DNA of 64,000 bases from Macrostomum hystrix (lineage: Eukaryota > Animalia > Platyhelminthes): positions 2,418,001 through 2,482,000 of the forward strand of contig CATNEN010000003.1 in NCBI GenBank assembly GCA_950097015.1. Reading direction: 5' to 3'. The notes under the pieces are model-generated. The model did not search any database. It was given only the letters and a program-made list of their open reading frames with translations, and was not told the DNA's origin. The first letter of the stretch is position 1. Each line of letters starts with the position of its first letter. The position numbers and the translations under genes are program-made. Below, piece after piece: positions 24,301-34,100 of this stretch.

Positions 24301-26280
24301 ATTTAATAAAATCGTTTCCTCAATGCAGGTCGTTTCCAACCAAATTCCGTCGTTCAAAATGATTTCAGAAATTTGTACTTCAACTGGGCCTACTTTATGT
24401 TCTACTTTAATGTCTTCTGGGGCCTCCTGACTGCCACGCTTCGCCTGTTGAAGTCGCTCGTCTTCACTGTCTGCTTCTTTAGCAGACTGGACTGGTGTCG
24501 TTTTCCGAAGCGATTCGAAGTTCTAGACGAAGGTACGTTGAAGTGATTAGCGGACTACCGGTCGACAAAATTCATTTTCTTTTCTACTCTATTTTTGTCA
24601 CCCAACGAAGGCTCCATGGCAGTGTGTAGTTTAATGAACAATAAAGACTGATATCAACATTAATTGGCCAATGCTAACATAAAAAAAATTCACCCATATA
24701 GAGATTCATTGCTTCAGCAATTTAAATAAAACGCAAAGATGCTTGTACAGTTTTAGATGCAAATGCTGTACAAACGATAAAATAAATATTTTATAATAGC
24801 TGCAGAAGGTGACACTAGACCCGCAGCCAGCGAGGAGGCAGTTCTGCCCATTCCGCTGACTCCTGAGTACACACACGGATACCGTTTTCAGGTACACGCT
24901 CACACAGGTGTGTACATCTGTACTAACATTCTCATCGCTAGACAGTGTACACTCTCACTGTGCCGTGGAGGTTGGTTCTCAAGGGCGCGAATTGCACGAT
25001 CACTAAATGAATGTGGCCTCACCGCGCAATCGAGCTCAGGGACCTTGGTGCGAGAGGCAAACACGTTAGACCGCTCTGACACTGACCCCCTATCGAACGA
25101 CGTAGGAAACAACTTCTTCAGTCTTCAGTCCATGTACAGGTATAAAATCAGAAGAGAACACTTCGTTATCGCTCGCAGGCTACTTCGCATACGTCGGCCT
25201 ACTCTACGTTGAGAACGCTCATACGAATCCAGTTCTGCGCACCTTCATCGGCGTAGTCCAAGAGGCTGTCCACGGTCGCGACAGAATCGGTACAAATCCG
25301 TTTGCAAAGCTGCGCAACACAGGTAACGTGGCCCAGGAGCAGACGGGACTGCAGCTACAGATGGTGGCTATTAACGAAGACGCCAGGAAACAGTTGCATG
25401 TGAGATCGCCGTCTCAAGCTGAGCTTCTGTCGGCTGATTCAATCATTTCGGAGAGTCTTCAGCGTCAGAGTTCCAGTGAGTTCTGTGCACTCTATGAATG
25501 GAGATTGAAAATGATTGCTAGATGAGGAGTCAGGTAGAGAGTGAGGGAGACAGGTAAAGACGTTGAGGGATACAGGTAAAGACAGTGAGGGAGGACAGGT
25601 AAAGACAGTGAGGGAGGACAGGTAAAGACAGTGAGGGATACAGGTAAAGACAGTGAGGGAGGACAGGTAAAGACAGTGAGGGAGGACCGGTAAAGACAGT
25701 GAGGGTTACAGGTAAAGACAGTGAGGGAGGACAGGTAAAGACGGTGAGGGATACAGGTAAAGACAGTGAGGGAGGACAGGTAAAGACAGTGAGGGTTACA
25801 GGTAAAGACAGTGAGGGAGGACAGGTAAAGACAGTGAGGGAGGACAGGTAAAGACAGTGAGGGATACAGGTAAAGACAGTGGGGAGGACAGGTAAAGACA
25901 GTGAGGGATACAGGTAGGTAGGAGGCAGGTATACATTAGTGAGGGAGACAAGTAAAGACAGTGAAGGACACAGGTATGCGGTTAGTGAGGCAAGTAGCTG
26001 TAGTATATAAAAAAGACAAGCAGCAAATCAGCCAATAAGCCCGTGTCCGCGCATTCTCCCCCCACATCCAGTGATTCGCAAGCGATCGCGAACCAGGTGG
26101 TTCCTGGCGCTGACGCTGGCCAATAACCCTGGCTTGCGGCAGCAGCGCTGGCACTACATGGCCCAATTTAATGCAGCCAGGAAGCGCAAGTCGGCCCAGA
26201 CTCTGCTAGGAGATGCCGACGCAGAAAGACTAGAGCAGGCGGCGGCTTCGGCGACGACTGTGTCCGAGTATACAGTTTGA
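12945..26280 (+). CDS. STRA6L: STRA6-like multi-pass membrane protein (STRA6/STRA6L retinol-binding-protein receptor family)
   Basis: Fifteen phase-compatible exons: 12945-12980, 14500-14670, 16673-16758, 16849-17006, 17161-17333, 18073-18263, 19781-19919, 22218-22374, 22481-22556, 22647-22731, 22813-22861, 23477-23594, 23676-23783, 24369-24532, 25179-25475 (alternative donor 25322), plus the terminal exon 26072-26280. Family motifs: GRPGLAHPMNIL…FSYALAFG, RYGGYQIAF, YFMFYFNVFWGL…SRLD, HTNPVLRTF, RTRWFLALTLANNPGL. The first exon is the least certain. Confidence 0.88.
13006..14475. repeat. 25-bp minisatellite (ttccattgtgagtgagtgtgctcaa) filling STRA6L intron 1
   Basis: About 58 tandem copies between the donor at 12981 and the acceptor at 14499. 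Confidence 0.97.
14700..14990 (-). mobile_element. Possible decayed Penelope-like GIY-YIG C-terminal fragment
   Basis: The minus strand reads LTAHI…LATKRDYLLVRATKEAILVR…INTQ across broken frames. This resembles the RxxKEAIxIR…PSLN end of Penelope ORFs, but the match is weak. Confidence 0.25.
15299..15712 (-). mobile_element. tRNA-derived SINE, family A, with (TTA)n tail at 15299-15388
   Basis: Reverse complement of the copy at 19973-20330. It has an A-box-like TGGCAGAGCGG, a B-box-like GAGCTCGATTCC and a microsatellite tail. Confidence 0.85.
16290..16624. repeat. (ATAGA/ATGGA)n pentanucleotide microsatellite
   Basis: Read directly from the sequence. Confidence 0.95.
18393..18535 (-). mobile_element. 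Partial SINE family A copy (3' body)
   Basis: gacccgcagccagcgagtaggcaattctgcccatttcgctgac…ggcagtgtacactctc matches the other family A copies. Confidence 0.75.
18570..19515. repeat. 21-bp minisatellite (tcatcaatcattcactcagtg), intronic
   Basis: About 45 copies. Confidence 0.97.
19973..20330 (+). mobile_element. tRNA-derived SINE, family A, near full-length
   Basis: tRNA-like head gggctcggtggcagagtggcctaacgcg…gagctcgattccgcggcg. The body is shared with copies at 15389, 18393, 24815 and 58203. Confidence 0.85.
20338..20805. repeat. 15-bp minisatellite (ggtgatattgtgtca), intronic
   Basis: About 31 copies, starting directly after the SINE. Confidence 0.97.
21820..22090 (+). mobile_element. tRNA-derived SINE, family B, with a CORE-like central domain
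   Basis: The head has the B-box ggtttcgattcc. It is followed by tgtgtcctttagctaggcacttaactctg…cagctcacccagctgttaaatgggtac, which resembles the CORE-SINE domain. A second copy lies at 58040-58194 (-). Confidence 0.65.
23268..23310 (+). ncRNA. Type I hammerhead ribozyme-like motif (variant with an A·A at the base of stem II), intronic and sense to STRA6L
   Basis: GGCTGA-CTGACGA-AGGC-aaacaa-GCCA-GAA-ACCGGT-C-TCGGTC. Stem I is GGCUGA/UCGGUC, the core is CUGACGA…GAAA…GUC, and stem III is the minimal palindrome ACCGGU. Confidence 0.6.
24815..25090 (-). mobile_element. tRNA-derived SINE family A copy (internally deleted)
   Basis: Reverse-complement match to 19973-20300. Confidence 0.8.
25530..25915. 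repeat. ~23-24-bp minisatellite (gacaggtaaagacagtgagggag), intronic
   Basis: About 16 copies in the last STRA6L intron. Confidence 0.95.
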
Positions 26281-27622
26281 AAACTGCTTCTTATCTCTTA
26301 ACTCTTATCTCCCCCTTTGACGCACCTCCCAATTGGTTCATCTCGTTTGATGAACGAATCGTCGTCACATCTGATTGGTGGGGGGTTAGTCACGTGATTA
26401 AGGCGCCGTTCTAAAAATAGCACATCTTGTTGGCCAATCGAATTTCGAAGGCTAGTTTTCCGCAGTTTCCTACGCAATGGAGACATTTTCTTGTAACGCA
26501 TTCTGTGTATATTTGCGATTTTTTAAGTATCCCAAAAGACTATTAATTGCGCGATAAAGCCTAGATAATAGTGTCTTCACTGATACCCACTTCAAGAATG
26601 TGTGCTTTGGCAGATACTCAAACAGTCGGTCTCTACCTCACCGTAGCCTCTACAGTCGAAACCCCACTTATAGTGAATTTTTCAGTCAATCGATCCAACA
26701 TAGTGAGTGTTTCAGTCGATACCAACACACATTGTGAGTGTTTCAGTCGATACTCATATATAGCCCGTGTTTTAGTCGATTCCACCTACCCATAATTTGG
26801 TCGTTACCAACGCATACGCTGCGCTTCAGTCGAATATACCCACGCATATACCGTTTTTCGTGATTGAATATGTCAGTGAATTTTAAGATACCAGTCTTTC
26901 TACTTAAGATCAACATGTAATTCTTGACTAAAATAACAATTTCACTTGTAAACAGTGAGATTTTCAACCTTTGCAATTTTATCCTACGAACTCGTAATTG
27001 AAAACTATTCAGCCTGTCACAATAGCATTGCTGCATATCGTGAAAACTTTCATCTCCATTTTGTAACTTTGGTTTTGGATAAAATGTTATAAAGGTTAAT
27101 TATTCAAAGCTTACTAATTGACATCCGCGTCACCCGAAGGAAAAACATAATTATTTAAACGTTTTTGAAAATAAATCAATGCATTTCACAACGACAACAT
27201 CGCACGCTTACTTATCCAAAAACAGACTTTGGGATAGATCTGTAGCTTAACCTTCTCTGAAAGTTTTATATTTTACAGAAACTCGCAACATACTACTGTC
27301 AGTATAATATCCATATACACATAAGTAGCAAAGATGCGGTACAATATGCAATCATGTAAGAAAATGAATAGTCAGTTACAGTTTAATGAAAAATGCCAAA
27401 TGCATAAACACATTTCTTCCTAATTATTCTAAGCTGTCTAATTTTTCATAATTGAAACATACAATTCTAATGGATGCCTCAGTGTCTGATTTAATTTTGC
27501 TATAGATGTTACACATCCTGATTGGACAGAAAAATTCCTTAAATTAATCAACATTGGATTTTTGTTAAGAAATCACCTCCGTTTTAAAATCCCTAAAAAA
27601 GCTACACCGAGTTCTGCTCTCC

Positions 27623-28858
27623 TCAGTCGTCATCATCGAACACGATGCGCGCCGGAGCTGCCGTGGCAGCCGCAGCCTGTCGCGCCTTCTGTTGACGCTT
27701 TGCCTGCCAAGACGGGTGCAGCTGCTCGGACTCCATTGTCGCCTGCTTGCTCCGACGCTCCTGAGCTTGAACTTCGCGGCGTCGCTTGCGCGACTGTCGC
27801 TCGCCGTGACGCGGCGCAGTCAGGGCATCGCCACCGTCTGTGGTGATGCGCTGGCCGCGATGCAAGCCGCGCTTCATCTCCATGGGTGGCACATCGATGG
27901 CGAACAGATCCGACCAGCCGTCGCCCATGTCTTCGCTTTTCTTGTCGTTATTTTTTACGACTGCTGCATCCTGTTGAACATCCGACTGCAGCGAATTTTG
28001 CACCTTAGCAACAGGTTTCTTTGCCTTAGCAACTGTTTTACTCGATTTATTAGCGTCTGACTCGGCGTCCTTAGCAACGTATTTACTAATTTTATTTCCA
28101 TCTGACTCGGAGGCCATAGAAACAACAATTTTAGGCGTCACTTTAGCAGACGATTTTGCTTCTTTAGGAGGAAATCGCGTCGTTGCTATGCCAACCAGAT
28201 CGGCGTCCATAGCAACGCTGAGACCGCGCTCGCCGGCGGTCTCTTTGCGAAATTCTAATAGAACAGATTCGAGACGGCGACGTCTTTCGGCTTCTTCTGC
28301 ACGATCAACATCCTCATCAATTTTCTGATTGTCCCTGTCGTCATCACCATTGCCGTCTTCGTCAGCCATGGCAGCTATCGCTTTTACAGAATCAGCCAGC
28401 AAATTGTTGGGCGCCCTCACTCTAGCCGGCAGCTTTTTCTTCTTCCATCTTCCGCCGGTGTTCTTGTACTGCATAAAGTACACCAGATCTCGCCAGTCTG
28501 AGTGACTAGCGCGGAATTTATTCACAAACTGACGAACTGGCCCAGTCTCAGCCAGTCTGGCTAATGCAAGACGCTCGGGCGTCACCGAACCAGACGCCGC
28601 TGATAGGAGCTGGTCTAGCGCAGCCTCGTGACCAAGAAGCTCCTTGCACAGAGTCTGCTGATTCCATTTGCGCAGCAGGCGCACCTGAGCCAATAGACGA
28701 TCTGCTCGTTCTACATTGTGAGCAATCTGAGCATCCGTGCCGCGTTTCTGCCTGAGACGTTTCATTCTGCGCAACATATCGCGACTTAGCTGGACTAAAC
28801 CGGCTTTAAGGGGTTTGCGCATCTGAACTAGCAGATTGTTCAATGCGGCTGGCTGCAT
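27623..28858 (-). CDS. SRFBP1: Serum response factor-binding protein 1 / Bud22-like ribosome biogenesis factor
   Basis: 411-aa single-exon ORF. The N-terminus LNNLLVQMRK…LRQKRGTDAQIAHNVERADRLL and the C-terminal Bud22 motif LHPSWQAKRQQK…RIVFDDDD match this family. Confidence 0.85.
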   Translation of the reverse strand: MQPAALNNLLVQMRKPLKAGLVQLSRDMLRRMKRLRQKRGTDAQIAHNVERADRLLAQVRLLRKWNQQTLCKELLGHEAALDQLLSAASGSVTPERLALARLAETGPVRQFVNKFRASHSDWRDLVYFMQYKNTGGRWKKKKLPARVRAPNNLLADSVKAIAAMADEDGNGDDDRDNQKIDEDVDRAEEAERRRRLESVLLEFRKETAGERGLSVAMDADLVGIATTRFPPKEAKSSAKVTPKIVVSMASESDGNKISKYVAKDAESDANKSSKTVAKAKKPVAKVQNSLQSDVQQDAAVVKNNDKKSEDMGDGWSDLFAIDVPPMEMKRGLHRGQRITTDGGDALTAPRHGERQSRKRRREVQAQERRSKQATMESEQLHPSWQAKRQQKARQAAAATAAPARIVFDDDD

Positions 28859-29821
28859 AGATGGCTCAGTGATGGCAAATAGAGAGCTACTGGTTGGCGC
28901 AGATTGTGTGCAGTTTGGCTGGGCATCGTGCTGCCCAGTGCTTGGCTCAGCCAGACCTGGTTCTAATTCAAAATTCTGAAAGTGTAAATACAGTATTACC
29001 TATTATATGCTGACTTATTACTTACTGATTATCTCCATGTCCATGAGCTAGCTTTTTGCTACAACTGCAGTAGGGTTGAAAGTTTTTATACCTACTTTTT
29101 TACTTTACCCTGATTATTTACAAGTAAAAACATGCAAATATACTTTTATGACAACCATTAGGCCCTAAAATTGTCAAAAGCTATGGCTATGGTCTATGTT
29201 TTCAAGACAATTGTATAGCTACCAAGTAGCTACCTATCTATAAACAAATGAAAATAATTAATTAACTATTTTAGGGATAGATAGCTAGCCAGACAAGTTT
29301 AGGATAGATAAACTGAATTATATATCCAAATACTATGTCAAGCTATTTCCACTTCTTCTGTTGCACCTGTATTTATGGCCAATGACTCTGGCCCAGTATA
29401 GGCATAATGCAGCTATTTAAATTTTTATATCCAAATTGGCAAAGATAATAAGACAAAGGCAAATATTAAGGCCTCTTTATCAGTAAAATGGTTGAAATTA
29501 AGATTAAACTTAAACTATAACTATTATACTAATTCATACACTGACTGTAAAAATAACAACAGCTATTTCCATAGTGACTGTACTAACAACAAAATGGCTA
29601 TTTATATGGTGACAATAATAAAAAAGTGTAGCATTTTTTTCTTGGACTTTCTAAGCCTCATATAGCCTTATATATAAAAATGATATGATGATGTATCATA
29701 TCAACCTAAGATTATATTGTTATAGGTTGATATCTTACTAATTGTTTGAAAAAAATTGCTTACTGAGATAGTTAAAGTTTATGTTTTAGGGTAGAAAAGA
29801 ATTAATTGTCTGGTACTTCCA

Positions 29822-30687
29822 TGTTGCCATGAAGCAACCTCTTAGTTATCAACCAAGCTGTATTAAATTTTTAGACTAATGACCCTGACAACTGATTTGC
29901 TTTCATCGCGATACATTTTGTATCTGAATGCACGCAATAAATTATGGCAGAGCTTATTCCCACAGTCCCGTGCCAATAATTTCAATTTTATCCACATGGA
30001 TCCATGCAAGATAATTTTCTGCTTATCCACATGGCAGCTTAGTATGAATAGGTCTAAAACTCTTTATATAAATATACCGTGTCGTTAATTTCAATTTTAT
30101 CCACATGGTTATATTTTTTGAAACGAGGCCCTTTCAGGTTTGAATGTTTTGTTGAACCCTCGAGCCAATAGATCAACAAAGTTGCCAGTGTGTTAAGACT
30201 GTGTTCTACATTTTGACTTACACATTCATTAACCAACATTAATGTCATCCTTTTTAATTATTGTAATAACAAATCACTAAATCTTTTGTCATCGTTATGT
30301 GTTTTGATTCAAATTGTATTGACTTAAAAAGTAAGAAGTCTATCAAAAAATTCATACGAGTCAACCAGCAGAATTCTAGTCAGCACCAAACTTGTCACAC
30401 ATATTATGATATTATCACACATCATTGTTATTATTTTACACTAGGCCTATGCATTGATAGTACAAGTACACTGATACACTATACTCTGAAGCAAAAGCCT
30501 TATGCTCAGAGAAGAATAGGTAGGGTAGGGACTTGAAAGTAGACCTATTCATACAAGCTGCCGTGTGAATAAGCAGAAAATTATGGACATGGATCCATGT
30601 GGATAAAATTGAAATTATCTGCATGGGACTGTGGGAATAAGCACTTCCATAAATCATATTGGCAATAGAGGTGGCATAGTGGCAACA
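29822..30687. mobile_element. Foldback/MITE-like element with long inverted arms
   Basis: 29941-30056 is the imperfect reverse complement of 30540-30652. An outer arm pair also matches (29822-29842 and 30667-30687). Confidence 0.75.
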
Positions 30688-33099
30688 AAAAATAATATCC
30701 AGTAATAATGTATTTACCCTATGGAGCCAAAAGGCATTCTTTTCAAATCATTCAATTAACTGTTTTTATAAAAATGTTCATTTCAAATCAATTTGACAAC
30801 TTGGAATTTCAACCACATCAATTGAATTTCTTGGCACTTAACAAACTGGGACTGCTTCTTGGGAACTTGTCTATGGCAAATTTTCAGTGTGGTGGAAATA
30901 AAAGCAAAATGGTTGACATCCTTGCCATTGTCTATGGCCAAAAGGGATGAGCTACTTAGTTGGAGAGGAAGTATTAGCATATCATGTGCATTCTACTGGC
31001 ACACTCTACTAATTGTCTGCTATTATTATTAACTAACACATTTTAAGTCGATTAACACCATGCCAGGAGCCCACCTGGCAGCACTGTCATTTATTGTGGA
31101 TCCAAACTCCCTTATTATTACCACTGCCCTGCTGATTTTTGACATGTGATCCTGCAGAATTTTGACACTCATCATATCATTTTTCCAGTTGTTTCTTACC
31201 CATTCTTTTAAAATGATTTTACAATGTTTTTGCATGAATTTTAAATGAAACTTTTTCAGAAAAACTGTTTAATAAATAATGATTTAAAAATAATGCCAGC
31301 CAAACAATGAATAAAATACATGTGATCTCACATGACAACACTTCAACAGAAACAGTAAAGCTAAGCATAGGGGGGCCTAATATGACAACATATTTAGCAA
31401 TTAGGATTTGTGGGTACTGTCTGATACATTTGTTTGTTTATTGTTGTCATTGTATAAATAACCATTTTGCTATGCATATGATCACTGTACAAAAACAAGT
31501 GCTTATGTTATAGTAGTATCATGTTCAATGCTAAATCTATATTTAGGTTAAACCAACAAAAGCTATATAATGTAAATACTAAGCCAATACTACAATATGT
31601 AGATGCACACTCTAGAAACTTTAAGCAAAGCTCAGTTGAAAAAATGTTGACATAAAATATTTTGTTTCTGCATATAAAACGTATGATAATATAGGTGACT
31701 TGGCTTAGTTCAATGAAAAGCAGAATAAAGAATGACACTGGCTACAGCATAAGCATTTGAGAGCAATTTGCAACGAATATAAATTAGCAGTTTTTAATAA
31801 GATACTACGCGAGTAAAGTTAACGGTATTGAATTAAAAAACCCAGGTTTAAAGCGGGAATTATAATGATGGATATATATCAAGTTAGCTCACCCTCCTTA
31901 AAGCCAGGCCTGTGTGTTTCAACGAGGATTTTTTAACGGTACTAAACTTTACGTAATGTAAATAATAACAAACGCTACCCAGCTTTTTTATCCAAAAAAA
32001 AAATAATACAAATTCTGTACCTTAGATTATACATTTTTACAAGCTACGCGTTCTATAACGAAATAAAGAAACAGTTTATTAACACGATATTAAAAAAATC
32101 AAAGAAATTATGTTTGTTATCGATTTAAGTGCTCTACCGTCATAAAAATGTTTTTTTCTCCTCCATCTAAGCTAGAAATTTGCTGTTATGTATTATTGGA
32201 TATATATAGCATAGCACAATTAGATAGGCTTTTTTGAAGGGTCAAGTGTGCTTTATTTCACCCACAAACTCTAGTCTTTCTCATTGTTTGGTCTTTGGGA
32301 TTGTTGGCAGGCCATTCAGCCTCAGGTTATTAGAAATGTTCAGTGACTGGGTTAATTTCTCTCTAAAAAGTTGTTGCATTTACTTTTCTTGTACTATGAA
32401 TAATACATACAAATAGCCAAAGTAATTAATTTAGTTCTAGGCAACTATTTATCTCTTATAGTTGTTTTTATACTTGCACATTGTTCTAAACAGCTTGATT
32501 AGGCAGTGCAAGTAGACTTTTGAAAAATGACTTCAATTTTAAAATAAATTTTCAGAATATAATGAGTCTTCTTGACATTTGAATTCTGACTTACTAGCCT
32601 ATTGCTTCTTGGTCTTAAGTAGCATTTATATCACAAATGTGGTCTCTTTGCTAAGGCTTTACAATAATTTGCCAAGTGCTTATTTATGGGTGTTTCAATG
32701 AATCAGAAGTCTCAGCCTCATTCAGAAAAAAGACAGTAAAAATTGAAAGAGTTTTTAACTTGAACCTTTTTCCTTTTTTGAAATTTTTTGTTCTTGCATT
32801 ATCTCATAAAATAGGATATGTTGATCAATTTATTCAACCTTTCTAAATAAAAAGAAACAAAAATAATACTTAGTTGACAATAAGTGCCAGTAGATAAGAA
32901 ATAGTTTACGTCAGTGAGCCATTTAATTTTCATAAATTACTGTTAATTGTATATTTATCTTTATATCTTAACATTTAAAATTGAGTTTATAAACACAATT
33001 CACTTGATTAAAAATTTGTTATTTGTTTCATTTTATTATTTTTTTCATGTTGATCTAGTATCTATTCACTATTGCAGCTATTGTAGCTAGCTTGGCCAA

Positions 33100-33396
33100 A
33101 TGCAAAACTCTGATGATAAACAACTACCTGCTCAGCCTCCTAAGCCACCAGCCCAGCAACAATTGCCTCCACCTCCTCCATCATCTGCACACTCCTACTA
33201 TACAAGCTACGTATCTAACTCATCTGCTAAGGTAGTGGCCAAGGGCAACAAAGGCTGGAATGATCCACCATTTGTAGAAGCCACTGCAAATCAATCGGCA
33301 GCAACAACAGCTGATGACAATAAACAACAAGATGGACTTGGTGAGGTGAAACTTTATAATCCCAATGACTATATTGCTGACAGCAAAAGTTCATGA
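33100..33396 (+). CDS. Small Pro-rich protein (98 aa) with an SRA1/Sec31-type GWNDPP motif
   Basis: A coding-like ORF in AT-rich DNA, with an upstream acceptor (ttgcag/ttgtag, about 33077-33086) and a downstream AATAAA at about 33480. It contains the motif KGNKGWNDPPF. Confidence 0.6.
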   Translation: MQNSDDKQLPAQPPKPPAQQQLPPPPPSSAHSYYTSYVSNSSAKVVAKGNKGWNDPPFVEATANQSAATTADDNKQQDGLGEVKLYNPNDYIADSKSS

Positions 33397-34100
33397 TTTT
33401 TTCTATTTATTAGTTTTTTAAATCATGTAATACTGCCTTTGTGTTTTTTTTCTGTCTGATTTTCACAGTTCCATTGACCAATAAATGTTATCTGGATAAT
33501 GTCTTTGTTAATATATTATAGATCTGTTTGCATATGTTGGTTAGTCTTACTTTTTTACTCTTACTGTTGCTATTTTTACTCAGTGCAATGTATAGAGTTA
33601 ATAATTAATAATTGACTAATATCTAAGCATCTGAATTAATATTTTGCTAGTTATACTAATTATTTCTTCTAATCCCTCTAATTCTACTATCTTCATTAAA
33701 ATGCTTCCATTTTTTGTTCTTTAAGTATCTAAAATTTAACTATATAGAAAGAAATGACTTATTCACTCATTTTAAAATATATATTTACAATGATTTTTAG
33801 CTACCTATGTTTGTCACGGATAAACTAGGTTTAATTATTTTACAATATCGGGCATTCTGCATTCATATTTGATATTTATTGACAGCTCAGGTTTAGTAAG
33901 AATAATGATTCAATGATTTTATGAATCTAAAAATGAATCAATTAAATACTTGTTGTAAGCTTAGGTTATTACTTCATCATAAAAATGGATAGTAGAACTA
34001 GAGCATATAACTGCTAAATTATAAACAGAAAAAAAATCAAGTAGGATGTACTGCAACTTCATGCTTTGCTGGCGTCTGATAACAGTGTGAACCGAAGCCT

